Shown: in pieces, positions 36,995 through 50,900 of the stretch
Numbering within the stretch: position 1 is the stretch's first letter
How the letters are laid out: each line of letters starts with the position of its first letter
Origin: the human T2T-CHM13v2.0 reference genome, Homo sapiens
Reading direction: 5' to 3' (one strand)
Assembly (NCBI RefSeq): GCF_009914755.1
Contig: NC_060935.1
Length of the DNA: 64,000 nt
The notes under the pieces: model-generated
What the model was told of the DNA's origin: nothing
Seen by the model: the letters and a program-made list of their open reading frames with translations, nothing else
The model's database searches: none
Program-made: the position numbers and the translations under genes

Positions 36995-37203
36995 AAAAAG
37001 AGAAAGAGAGAAAGAGAGAAGGAAGGAAAGAAGGAAGGAAGGAAAGGAGAAGAAAGAAGGGGAAGGAAGAAGGAAAGGAGAGGAAGGGAGGGGTGGGGAT
37101 GGGAGGGAAAGGAAGGGAAAGGAAGAAGGGAGGGAGGGAGGAAGGAAGGAAGGAAAGGAAAGAGAGAGAGGAAGGAAGGAAGGAAGGAAGAAAGAAAAAG
37201 AAA
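36995..37203 (+). repeat. Purine-rich (GGAA/GA)n low-complexity tract
   Basis: About 200 nt almost entirely A/G; (GGAA)5 at 37170-37189. Confidence 0.92.
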
Positions 37204-37250
37204 TTTACTTGTGGATTTGCTTATTGCTTATGGCCCAAATCTCCCCTAGC

Positions 37251-37463
37251 CAGTGTTTCTCAACCTTGGAGTTACTGGTATTCAGGCCTCGGTAATTACT
37301 TGTTGTAGGGACTGCGTGGTGCATTGCAAGGTGTTTAGCAGTGTTCCTGGCTCCTATGTAGATGCCAGTGGCATCCCTCCAGTTGGACCATCCAAAATGT
37401 CTCCAGACATTGCCAAATGTCATGTTCCCTGGAAGCAGCATCACCCCCAGGGGAGAACTTCTG
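37251..37463 (-). mobile_element. MER20 (hAT-Charlie) DNA transposon relic
   Basis: Reverse complement contains ACATTTGGCAATGTCTGGAGACATTTTGG; CAGTGTTTCTCAACC terminus. Confidence 0.8.
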
Positions 37464-37880
37464 CCCTTGGAGACTGTGAGCTCCATGAGAGCAGGGTTGT
37501 TATTTGGTTCCCTGCTCTATCCCCAAGCCTAGAAAGCTCCTGACTCATTCACGATGCCTCGTGAATGAGCTTCAAAGAAGTGATGAACCTGGCTCAGGGA
37601 GATGCAGTGGGGAGCTGGGATTCTTCCTGCAGCCAAAGCTCACTTGTCCCCAACACTCACTGGCCTTCCACATGAAGTCAGACCACCTCTGGCAATCGGC
37701 AGGCCTTTTTGCAGATGGGGAAACTGAGGTACAAGGAGTTTCAAAGAGTGTCGGTGGCAGGAATGGGACTAGAGCCAAGGTCTCCTTATTCTTATTCCAG
37801 TTCTCTTTTTGCTGTAGCACCCTCAGGCATCATTTGAGCAAAGTTCTGAGAGTTAGGCCTCAAGTCAAAAACCAAAGACA

Positions 37881-38171
37881 GGGCAGGGCACAGTGGCTCA
37901 CGCCTGTAATCCCAGCACTTTGGGAGGCCAAGGTGGGCCGATCACATGAGGCCCGGAGTTCGAGACCAGCCTGGCCAATATGGTGGAACCTCGTCTCTAT
38001 TAAAAATACAAAAATTAGCCCGGCGTGTTGGCGGGTACCTGTGGTCCCAGCTACTCGGGAGACTGAAGCACAAGAATCGCTTGAACCTGGAGGCGGAGGC
38101 TGCAGTGAGCCGAGATCACCCCCTGCAGTCCAGCCTGGGTAACAGAGACTCCATCTCGAAAAAACAAAAAC
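37881..38171 (+). mobile_element. Alu
   Basis: Full-length Alu consensus. Confidence 0.93.
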
Positions 38172-39149
38172 AAGATGGGAGGAAGGCATACCAGGAAGAA
38201 GGCACAGCCTGGGCAAGACTACTGAGGTGGCAGAGCTCAAGATGGGTTTGGAGAATACAAAGGACTCCACCAGGCTGAAGTGAGGGACATTGTTAGGGAC
38301 AGTAAGGAGTGGAGAAAAGGAGTAGGGGCCTGTCTTGAAAGGTGTTGAAGTTGTCCCTAAAAGTCCGGGGCTCCCTTCTGGAGGCCATGGGGAAGAGAGG
38401 CATGATGAGAGATCTCTGTGGCTTGTGTGTGGTGGGTGGAGGGGGCTTGGAGGCCAGGGACCAGTTAGGAGGCTGTTGCAATAGTCTGGGAAACGGGAGG
38501 GAGCTGGCTGGAGAGCCCGGCGGCAGGGCGGGCCGGGCTGGGGGAGGCAGCCTCCAGAGGCTCCTTAGGGGCAGTCCTGAGCCTGGTCCAAGGGTGTGGT
38601 GAGCCCAGTCATGAGTCGGGCAATGGCCAGTACTAGGGCGTCTAAGGGGACGGACGGCTGCAGGCCGTCTGACAAGTGGGTGGATGGGATCAGAGGTCAG
38701 GAGTCCAGCCTCTGTGGGGGTGAGGGGTTGGGGGGCAAGCAGGCAAAGCAGGAGAAGAAAGGTCAAAGGCCAAATTCCAGATGTCTTGGCTGGGCCTACT
38801 TGCAAGTGGAAGGAGGCCTGAGCCAGCATGAGGGATGGAGAAGGCAGGAAGGGGCACCTCTGGCCTCTGTGAGGCTAAGCGTCTGGTGGATTGGGAATGA
38901 GACTTGGAGAGGTATCTGGTTGCTCAGTTCGGGAGGGTGCCCAGCACTCAGCAGCCTCCCCAAGGTTGTGTGAGGTAAGGTTGAGGCTGCCCAAGAACTG
39001 TTTTATCTAGTGAGGCTGGAGGATGTAGCGGGCATAGCATCAGGGATCTGGGTTTAAGGGGCTGGAGAGGGGTTGGTTGGGGTCTTGTTCTTCCTGCTAG
39101 TCTTTCAGCCTAGCAGAGAGAAGATGCTAATTGATACAATAAATGCTTG

Positions 39150-39900
39150 GAGGATGGGTGGGTGGATATATGGATGGATGGATGCATGGATGGATGGAGG
39201 CATGCATGAGTGGATGGACTGATGGACAGATGGATGAATGCATGCATGGATAATGAATGAGTGGGGTGGCTGGCTGGGTGGATACATGGATGTTGATCTG
39301 GGGTGGGTGTGTGGGTGGATGGATGCATGGATGGGTGAATGCATGGGTGTGTGGGTGGGTGGATACATGAGTAGATGGGTAGATGGATGAATGCATGTAT
39401 GCACAGATGTATGAGTGGGTAGAAGGATGCTTGGGCAGAAGATGGATGGATGGGTGGATGGATGGATGGATAGATGTATGCATGCATAGGGCTGTATGTG
39501 GCTGGACAGATGCATGGGTGGGTGGCTGGACAGATGCATGGGTGGGTGGATGAGTGGGCAGAGGCATGCATAGATGATGCATGGGTGCGTGGTGGGTAGA
39601 TGCATGAGTAGATGGGCAAATGGATGGATGCATGGGTGGGTGGGTGGATGGATGCATGCATGCATGTATGAAGGCATGGGTGGGTGGATGCATGGGTGGA
39701 TAGATGGATGGATGCATGGGTGGGAGAGTGAATAGATGGATGGATGCATGGATGCATGGGTGGGTGGGAGGATGTTTACGTGGAGAATAGGTGGATGGGT
39801 GGTTGGGTGGACGGGAGGCTAAATGGAAGGATGTAGAAATGAGTAAGTGGATGGATGGATAGATGGGTAGGTGGGCAGGTGTGTGGATGAGAAGATTTTG
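39150..39900. repeat. (TGGA)n / (TGGATGCA)n compound simple repeat
   Basis: About 750 bp of GGATGGATGCATGGGTG variants; gives His/Pro/Ile-rich spurious ORFs in all three minus frames. Confidence 0.95.
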
Positions 39901-40977
39901 AGATGCATGTTTGGATATAGGGCCACAGGCAGAAGTGGGAGGTCCTGAGTCATAACTAGCAGCCACCATGATGAATGACATGCTCAGAACAGAACTCCGC
40001 AGCTCTGCAGAAGTGCAGCCCAGGACAGGACAACTTAGACTACCACTGGCAGGGATCAGGTGTGATGCTTCTCGTGGTACCAAACAGCCTGTTTTCTGCT
40101 GGGTTCTGAGGCCAACATGTCTCCCTGGCTGAGGGTAGGGACGATGTACCTTCCAAGCTCAGGAGGCCAGGCTCAGCTCACATCAGGGGTCAGGAGGCTG
40201 GGGTTCCCTGCTCTGATCATGGCCCATATGAGGGGAGCTCATCTGAAGAACAGCATGAACACAGAGGCCCATGGCCTGAGAAGGAGCCTTGTCTTGCAGC
40301 TACTGGGACAGGCAAGAAGCAGATGGTGGTTTTGGATGCCATGTGTGGGCCTGTGGGGGTGAGGGTGAGGGCGGCCTGAAGAAGGGCTGGCCCAGAGAGG
40401 GCCCAGTGGAACAGCCAGGGTGGGGTATCGAGTGTGATTAGGGGACGCCCCCCAGGCAGGCGTCCTGGACGGCCTTGGCACGCCAGGCCGCTGAGCCAGC
40501 ACATTGCTTTGTGTACAAATCACCTCCTTTTCTCCTTTTCTTCTGTTCCCATCCCCCACCTCCCTCCACGCCTAAATTCTTCCCAAACCACCCCAGCCTT
40601 CGGACTGTCAGGAGGAAGCTTTGATGTGTGGTGGGTGGGAGGCCACTGGTCTTGGGTGGGCGCTGGGGGGTCCCTGCCACCCAAGTCCAGGCATCTACCC
40701 CAGGCAGGAGTTGGGGAGGGAAGGGAGCGACTGCAGCCTCCTGCTCCTCCCCCCCAACCTGTGTGCTTCTGGATGGGAGATCCCTGCCGGAAGGGGAGGC
40801 AGTGGTGCTGGGGAGTGGGCCGGGTGGGAGGAATAGGCTTGGGGAAGGGGGACCCAGGAAAAGTGTGGTCCAGACCAGGCCTAGCCCCTGAGGGTAAAGG
40901 ATCTTGCCGACCGAAGAGGGCTGAGGGTTGGGGGTGTATTTACCATGGTGAGAGGCCATGTTCGTGTTCCTGGATGC

Positions 40978-41048
40978 TTGCATGTGTGCATGTGTGTGTG
41001 CACGTGCATGTGTGTGTGCATGTGTGTGTGCGTGTGCATGTGTGTGCT
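40978..41048. repeat. (TG/TGCA)n alternating purine-pyrimidine repeat
   Basis: TGCATGTGTGCATGTGTGTGTGCACGTGCATG... Confidence 0.9.
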
Positions 41049-43166
41049 TGCAAAGGCCTGGGACTGCTGTGAGTGTACAGCTGGGTGATGTGCGTGTGTC
41101 CCCGCGAGTCCACACCTGTGCCCACAGCTGTGAGGGAGCAGCATATGGCTGCCCCCAGATTGTCCAACCTGGGCCCAGCTGGGACCCCACTTCCCTCTCG
41201 TGGCAGAAGCCTGACCTGAACATCTGGCCCCATCTGCCCACAAGAAAGGGAGTCCCAGAGCACGTGTCAGAGCTAGAAGGGCCCAGGCCTCCTGCCCCAG
41301 TGTAGGAGCAGCCCTTCTCAGGGTCACAGGTTCCTCACCTGTGCAAGGGGTGCCTGTGGAGTGGACACTGTGGTCCCCGTGGTGTCTGCCAGAGGCCTAC
41401 CACCCAGGGCAACCAACTCGTCCAGGTTTGCTGACCACTTTCTTGGTTTCAGCACTGAAAGTCCCATGTCCTGGGACACCCTCAACACCCCTGCCAATCC
41501 CAGGAAATCGAGATGGCTGGTCCCACTTGCCAGGGACACTTCTCTTTCCACCACATCCTTCCCCCTGCTACCCCTGTCCCTGCCTCCCCCCACCCCATCT
41601 CTGGAACCTTCTCTGAAGGTTCTTACTTTCCCCTTTGCTTCCTGTCTTGTGCCCTCTTCCTCCTGCCCCTTACTGTCCCCAGGGTCTCACTCCGTCTCTC
41701 TCTGGCTGCAGGGGTCTCTTTCTCTCTGCTCCCCTCTCTTCCCTCTCTGTCTCTGGAGTCTCTGTCTCTCTCCTCTCCTGCCCTCAGGATCGTCCCCTTC
41801 TTGGTTTCTGGGGTCTGTCTCTCCATTCTCTGCTCACTTTGGTCTCCCCCTCCACCACCGGTGTCTCCCTGTCTCTGTCTCAGGGTCTCTGGCTCGCCAC
41901 CTTCCCTGGGTGGTCCAGACCTCCCTCTTGTCTGCTGGCACCACACTCCCACGGGGCTGGCTGGGGTGGAAGCCAGGTCTGGGGGCTGTGACCAGGCCGG
42001 GAAGGGGAACCCAAGCAGACATGGTATTTATGTTAGGACTTCAAAGTGGGGCAGAGGCCGCAGTGGGGGTGGAGGGGTGGAGGGCGGAGGGTGGAGGGAG
42101 GGAGGGAGGTGCTAGCAGAAGCCAGACTAAGGTCAGCACCGGCCCCTCCCAGCTGAGGGTCTCCTTGGTGACACACACCTCCCTGTGGGACCCTGAGACT
42201 CGGCGTAGGGACAGAATGGACTATTTTTGTGCAGAGTTCCAAGAAAGGCACTTCCTGCACCCCCGCCCTGCCCCCAGCCCCATCCTTTCTTCCTGTCACC
42301 CTGCAGCTGGGTCTGGGCGCTGCAGGCCCCACCTCCTCTGAGCATCAGCCTGGCCTGGGAGACAGGGGTTCTGAGGGTGGCAGAAGCACAGGGCTCGATC
42401 TCAGCAGGAAAACATCCCTGGCATGGGGACAGCCCGTGCGTTCCCGGCTCTCTGGCAGAGGCCTCGCCTGGCAGGGCTGTGCGGGGCTGTAACCCAGTTG
42501 GCCCCAACCCAGCCAGGCGGACCCAGCCCTTTGGGGCCTCTGAGCTGTCAGCCTGAGGGCCTGAGGGGCCAAAATGGGCCAAGAGGGTCACCACACCCCT
42601 GCCCCCACCCTTGGCCTAACCCCTGCTAAAGACACCCAGCTGCTAGGACCTGGAAGGCGTGGGGTCAGGGGCCCTGGCCCTGGGTGGGGTGGGTGGGAAG
42701 GGCCGATTGTCTCATCCTGCGGCTCAGCTGAGCCCCGAGCCCCTCCCAGGGGCTGCGTCCAGCAGGCACCCTTCAGGCTGGGCCACCCCCTCAGGAAGTC
42801 CTCTGCCCCCAGACTCAAGGCTCGCTCTGGACCCAGGACCCTCTGGTCCAAAGCCCATTCAGGCCCCAAATGCCCCAGCCCCTGGGCCAGTGTCTCCTCC
42901 AGGGTCCTCCCCAGGCTCTTCCTGTGAATCACTCAGGCTGGAATCTGATGAGCTCAGGCCTCCCCACCCAGCGTTGCCTGCCTCTGCCTCCTGCCTGGCT
43001 AGTGGGGTCACCACACCCCTCATGGGGGTCTTTTCCAGCAACCCACATCTCCCACCAGGGTCTAGCATGGGCTGGGGTGGGTGAGTGGTGGTGGGACAGG
43101 CCAGGGCTGGAGTGAGGAGACTCGGGAGAGGGCTTGGACCGCTTCTGTGTGCTCCAAAGTATAAAA

Positions 43167-43352
43167 GTCTGTGTGTGTCTGTGTGTGTGTGTCTGTGTGT
43201 CTATGTGTGTGTGTGTCTGTCTTTGTGTGTCTGTGTGTCTGTGTGTGTGTCTCTGTGTGTCTGTGTGTCTGTGTGTGTCTCTGTGTGTCTGTGTGTGTAT
43301 GTCTCTGTGAGTTTCTGTGTGTGTCTTTGTGAGTGTGTCTCTGTGTGTGTTT
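43167..43352. repeat. (GT/GTCT)n microsatellite
   Basis: GTCTGTGTGTGTCTGTGTGTGTGT... about 185 bp. Confidence 0.92.
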
Positions 43353-44141
43353 GCACTTCAAATGCTTGGAGAGTGGGAAGGGGCAGCCGTGTGCTGTGTC
43401 TCGGGAGAGTGTGCGCCGTTGCGTCTGAGTGGGGGATGGAGTGTGCCGGTGGCAGTTCTGCACAGGTAGGTCTAGTGCATCATGGGATCCCAGTGTAGGT
43501 GGTCACCATGTGTCTCTGTGTCAGCCTGTCCCCATGTGTGTGTCCAGGAGTCACACTCTGAACCCAAGAACAAGGGTGCTGAAATATTTCAGTGTTTGCA
43601 GATCCAGGGATGTCTGAGTGGGTGGCTGGTCTGTGTCAGGGTGTGTCTGGGAGGAGGGGCGCCAGTGTGTCCCTGCACCCCATCCCGCAGGAGTGAATGG
43701 CTGACAGTGTCAGGGTGTGCCTGTTAACCCTGGGGGTGCCCCAGGGTTGTTGCACGTGCCCGTGGCTGGCAGGATGTGCACCCTGTGTGGGAATGTGGGT
43801 CAGACAGTGTCACTGTGTGTTAATTGTGGGTGTGAACATGGGTTGCAAGGCCATGGCAGGGTGCTAGATGCTCTGTGTTGAAGGTGTGGCAGGGTAGGGT
43901 GGGTCTCAATGACTGCCTTCTGCTGCAACCCTTTCAGGCCACCCAGTAGGCCCCTGGTTCCTAGAGCACACTGGCCCACAGAACCAGGGATATGCAGCCC
44001 TTCCCTCACCCCCCATTCGCAGGGTCCCAGGGACCCACCACTGGGTGCTTTCCTCCTAGCAGCAGGCTGGGAGCACTGAGTCCCCTGGGTCCTCCGCCTC
44101 AGCAGAGGGGACCCTGCACGTGGCCAGGAATGAGGTGCGCT

Positions 44142-44158
44142 CTGCCCCCTGGTGGCAG
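44142..44158 (-). promoter_or_regulatory. Consensus CTCF motif
   Basis: Minus strand reads CTGCCACCAGGGGGCAG, matching the CCASYAGRKGGCRS core. Confidence 0.8.
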
Positions 44159-44668
44159 CAATGAAGGATGCGCCACCCTGCAACCCAGGAAAGCGGAGGG
44201 ACAGTTTAGGCTGCGTCTTTCCGAATCAGTCATTCCACATAGATTCACAAGTGCCAGTTCCGGCCCGGCCATTGTTCAAGGCCCTTGAGATTTAACTGCG
44301 AACAAGGTGGGGGTGGCTCTGGCATTCTAGTGACGGAAACAGACAATAAACTTGCATACAGAACCACCGTGACTTTAGGAGTGATAAGGTCAATGCTTCC
44401 AAGTAAGGAAATGACCCGACTGCTCTTTCATAGATCCAAACGTCAGAGTTCCAGTCTTGCCCTGCAGCAGCGGACGCTGGGCCAGGCATGTCACCTCTTG
44501 GAGCCTTGGCTTCTTTTTCCATAAGGACAAAGGCTGGGGAAGGGGTGGCATGGAATCCCTAGGACACAGTGAGCTTTCAGTTACCACCCAGATCACGCCA
44601 TGCAAATGGAGAGATGTGACCTATTTCCCTTTGGCTGCAGCTGGGGGCGCTTGGTGCTTGGTCTATAA

Positions 44669-46451
<1,783 letters not shown>

Positions 46452-47757
46452 GCCAATGTCCACGATTTCTACCTCCCAGTTGTCATGTCTGACATTTGGG
46501 CTGACGTCCCCTCTGTGCTCAGTGCCCGAGGAGAGAGCCTCTGGGGTCATCCTCCATAAGGGGACAATTCCTTCCTTCCTGGGGATGGCCCCCAAGAGGC
46601 TGGCCTTACCCAGACCCCAGAATCTAAGGGACCTGGGGGCCAGTGGCCTTGGCCCCTGCGCTGTCCCCAGGTTGCCTGATGCTGCTGGACTGCAAGGCCC
46701 GGGACCCCCTCTGCTGCTGCAGCCTTGGAGGCGCCCTCACCCCTGGGTGGTCACCCTCTCGGCAGATTCCCGGGCCGTGCACACCCCCTCGTGGTTGGTG
46801 GTCGGCACTTTTCCTTGTTTGGATTTGCTGCCTGCTCTGGGCTTCCTTGGGGGCTGCCCCGGCCTTTGTGGGTGGCTTAGAATGGAGGGTGGAGTTGGAA
46901 CCTGATGCCCTGGTTTGGGCGGGGGAACCCTTAAGGACTTGCTATATGACATCCTGGGAGTCACTTTCCTGACCCTCAGTGGGCCCAACAAGTCATGGCC
47001 AAGTAAAGCTTTTGTGAGGGCCAAGAGTTTAGTGCAGAGAGCATGGTTTCTGAGCCCCCTCTCCATTCTGGAAGCTTATCTGCCAGCTGGTGGATCTCCC
47101 CAGAGATGCTGGAGGGCCTGGGAGGACTCCAAATCTTGGGGAGAGACTGTAACTTGGGTACTTTCTCCCCAGGGCCTGATTTCCAGGGGAATAACCTCCC
47201 TGAACTGGGCATCAGCAGGTGGGAGCCCTGTCTGGCAGAGAGCGGACTCCGGGAGAGAGTTACCAGCCCAGCTCTCTCCCTCCCTTTCTGCCATGAGCTC
47301 TGCTTGTAGCAAAATCACCCATTTTGATCACTGGGACACTTCTGGGAGCCGAGCAGGGCAGCAATAGTGTCCCCACTTTACAGATGAGAGTACTGAGGCT
47401 TGCAGGTGCAGGTCCTTCTGGTGTCCAGGACAGGGGTGGGCCCCAAGCCTTTGCTGCTGTTCTGTGGCCTCTCTAAATCCTCCTGACACCTAAGAGCCAT
47501 TGGAACCTTTTAGGGTCTGGAAGTCCCAGCCTGGTGGGAGATACTTGGGTGGAGCCCTGCCTCAGCCATGCCCATGAGGGGAAGGGTAAAAGGAGCTGAG
47601 ACCGTCACCCTCCCCACGTCAGAGGTTGGGCATCTGTCGGATTCGCCCCCACTTGGCACACCCTCATTGCAGGCTGGCTCACCCTCAGCTGGGGGAGAAG
47701 AACAAGAGGCAAGGGGCCTTGGGCACACAGTCTGGGGGCCCCCGAAGCCCCCTCATC

Positions 47758-47763
47758 TTTATT
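47758..47763 (-). terminator. RIN1 proximal polyadenylation signal AATAAA
   Basis: TTTATT about 170 nt after the RIN1 stop. Confidence 0.75.
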
Positions 47764-47930
47764 CCAGTTCCTCAGATGTGGCAGTTCCCCCAGCTTCCCT
47801 GGAAACAAGTATCAGACAAAGGTGGTGGCAGACACAGGACAGGGCCCTGGGTGGGGCTTGCTGGCGCTAAAAGGATTTCTCAGCAGGCTCAGGGTCTCCC
47901 GCCCCGAATGACCCTTCTGGCCACTTCAAG

Positions 47931-50900
47931 CTACTCCTCTGCTGCCCGGCTTCCCTCTGCCTCTGGTTCCCCTGGCTGAGCAGGGCCTTCCTGGGCTTGA
48001 CCCTGGCCCCCTTCAGCAGTTGTCTCAGACTGTTCCCGAATGTCCCTGGGGCTGGCTTTGACCCCAGCATCCCCATCTCCCTGGCACCCTTGCTCCTCCC
48101 CTCTGCTTCTTGCCTCTGACTGCCCACTGCCCTCCTCCTCTGTCACAGCCCCCTGGGTCTCAGGCCACTCTGCCCGGCGGTAGACGAGGTAGCCAGTGGT
48201 GGGCAGCCTGTGGGCCAGGGCCCCAGGGGGCAGGCGGTGGTAGCCCTGCTCCTTGTACAGGAAGAGGCCAAAAGTGTTGGGCTGGGTCACTCGGAACTTG
48301 GTGGCACAGAGCTGGTTCAGGGTGGCAATCGAGGCCTCTGGGGGCACGGCCAGGGTCTTGGAGGTGCAGCCACTGCTGGGATCCTGATAGGCTACTCGGA
48401 GGAGGTGCTATGCAGGAGGAGAAGCAAAAACAAGTACTCAGCCCCGGCTGGCATGCATCTGGCTCCAAAGCTGAGACATCAGCTTTCTGGGCTGTGCAGG
48501 GACAGGGTGGGTAGGTGGAGATCCAGTGGGAGAACCAAGCGGCAAAAGCTCTATGTGCTCCAGGGGTCGGCTTGTGGGCCACAGCCGCAGGTGCAAGGAC
48601 AGCCCAGTGGGGCACTCACAAGCCTGAGATGAAGATTTGATAGTGAGTAATTTGTGCCCCAAGCACTCTCCTGCATTAACTCATTTAATCTTCACCTCAA
48701 CCCCAGGAGGTAGGTCCTATTACCCCATTTTACTGATGAGAAAACTGAGGCACGAAGTAGTTAAGTAACTCGCCCAAGTCCCCACAACCCAGTGGCAGAG
48801 CCAGGATTAGAACCCAGGATCTGTCTACAGAGTCTGGACTCTTCACCAAGGACAGGAAGGTGAAAGGCGGGGATGGCGTCTGGCTCTGAGGACACGGTGG
48901 AGGGCCTGTTACCTGGAAGCAGTGGGTGGCAGGCAGGCGGCGCTGCTCCCAGAGGCTGAGGGAGCGCCGTAGCTCCTGCACGGGGCTCAGTGGGAGGGTG
49001 TGGGCCTGACCCAGGCCACTCAGCAGGGCCAGGCTGGCAGAGAGGCTGGTCAGGTAGTAGCCACCTGGGACACAGGGTGGAAGAACACGGCTCAGGCTGG
49101 GTGTGGGGCACCCCATCCCCTCTCCCCTTCCCTGCTTATTCAGGGCCCACCCAGACAGGGAGGTGGGTGGGGGTCCCTCACCCTCTCCAGTAAGCAGGCT
49201 GGGCTCCAGCAGCTCCGACATGTACTCGGCCTCCAGCAGCAGCTCAGGAAGGTCACAGTGGGCCAAGACGAGGCTCAGCAGAGGCAGGAACTCGTCGGCA
49301 CCCGCGCCCTCCCCTGTGGGGACATGGTGAGAGGAAGAAGCTTCAGGTACAGTCCTTGCTTTAGGCAGTGACCCCTCCCCATGCCCTAGCAACCATTGAG
49401 GGGCTTCAGAAAGGATGCGCTCCTCTCTAGGCCTCAGTTTCGCCATCTGCAAGAGGGGAGGGTGGGCTCATTCTCTCCTGCAGGGCTGTTCTAGGGTCCT
49501 GGGGACCTGCCGCTGGGGGGCCCGCCTCTGACTCAAAGGGGCAGGGCAGGGTGAGGTGGTGGCAGGGACATACCTTCCTGGGTCCTCAGGGCCATGTAGA
49601 GCAGCTTGCAGGCCTGCAGGAGCCGCTTGACCTGGGCGCTGGGTGAGTAGGTGCGGAGCAGCTGCAGCAGCTTCTGGCGCACTTGCTCCAACTCTACTGG
49701 GGAGGGCAGGCTCAGGTGGGACCCGAAGGCTCCGGGGCCCTGGGCCCGGGCCAGGCGGAGGCCCTCAGCTAGGCGGCCCAGGGAGCCGTCTGCGGCAAGC
49801 CGGCGCCGCAGGCGGGCTGCCAGGATGGGCCGGAGAGGCTTGAGCACAGAGCAATGCAATGACTTCTCCAGGACATGTTCTGCCGGAGGGACAGGGAGGG
49901 GTCAGGGGAAGACTGGGGGTATGGGGGGCAGAGGCAAGGGGAGAAGGGAGCAGGGGTAGAATCGGGGAGGAGAGGCAAGGAAAGCAGGAGGAGGTAGCCT
50001 GGGTGAGACGGAAGAGTTGGGGGAGAGAGGGGATGGAACTCTCTCGAACAGTGGTAAGACAAGATGGATTTGTAAAGCAGCAGAACAGAATCAGACAGGC
50101 TGGCGCTGTGGAGGGGAGCAGAGGGTCGGATGGGGCAGTGCTGGAGCTATGGAGAGATGGAGCCTCACCCAGCCTCTTAGGCGACAGCAGCTTCTCAGGG
50201 CCCAGCTCCGCACTCAGCATGGCCCGGGCCCGGCTCAGCGCCTGACGGATGCCCTGCAGCTCCTGGGGCTCGGGCCCAGCCCGCACCTGGGTCAGTAGGT
50301 CCTGCACCAGCTGGCCCGCGGCTGTGTGTCGGTCCTGCATCAGTGCTGCCGCAGCCCGGCCCACCTGCCGCTCCGGTGCCAGTAGGGAGCAGAAGGCGGC
50401 GCTCATGGACCGAAGCAGAGGTCGTCGGCGGCCCAGGTGGGGTGAGGTCGCTGGGCTCCCCCGGGACCCTGGCACCCCCTCCTCCTCGGAGCTGCTGGGG
50501 GAGCCGCAGTCCACCTCTTGGAGGGAGGGCATAGGCGGAAGGCTAGGGCCACTGCCTGCTGGCACGCGGTACCCCACTGAGCTCTCCCTCCGTAGCAGCT
50601 GGCAAGGGGGCAGCCGCTCTGTCTGGCTGGGGACTGCCCCTGGCAGCACGGGGACGGGGGGAGGTGGCACGGCAGGTGGAGACAGGGGGCTGGAGGTCTC
50701 TGTGGACACGCGCACTTTGAAGCTTCTCTTGAATTTCTCCCGCTTGGTGGGCCCTAGGTCCCCCGGGAACAGGGGGTTGAAGAAGCACAAGGCGGCTCCG
50801 GTGCCCTGGTCCAGCTCTTGAGGGGACCGGGCCTTCAGCTGGGGCAACACTGGGCCTCCAGCCGGGCCCCGCTGAGCCTTGATGTTGAGGGAGGAGCTCC

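Noticed and set aside
39105-40083. 214-318 aa His/Pro/Ile-rich ORFs
   Set aside because: Translations of the (TCCA)n/(TGCA) simple repeat in all three frames.
40146-40350. Possible isolated minus-strand exon (cccccacag| ... GAAG|gtacat)
   Set aside because: Stops in all frames and no neighbouring segments that chain with it.
43160-43167. Perfect TATAAAAG
   Set aside because: Followed directly by a GT microsatellite, with no initiator, ORF or CpG island; probably chance.
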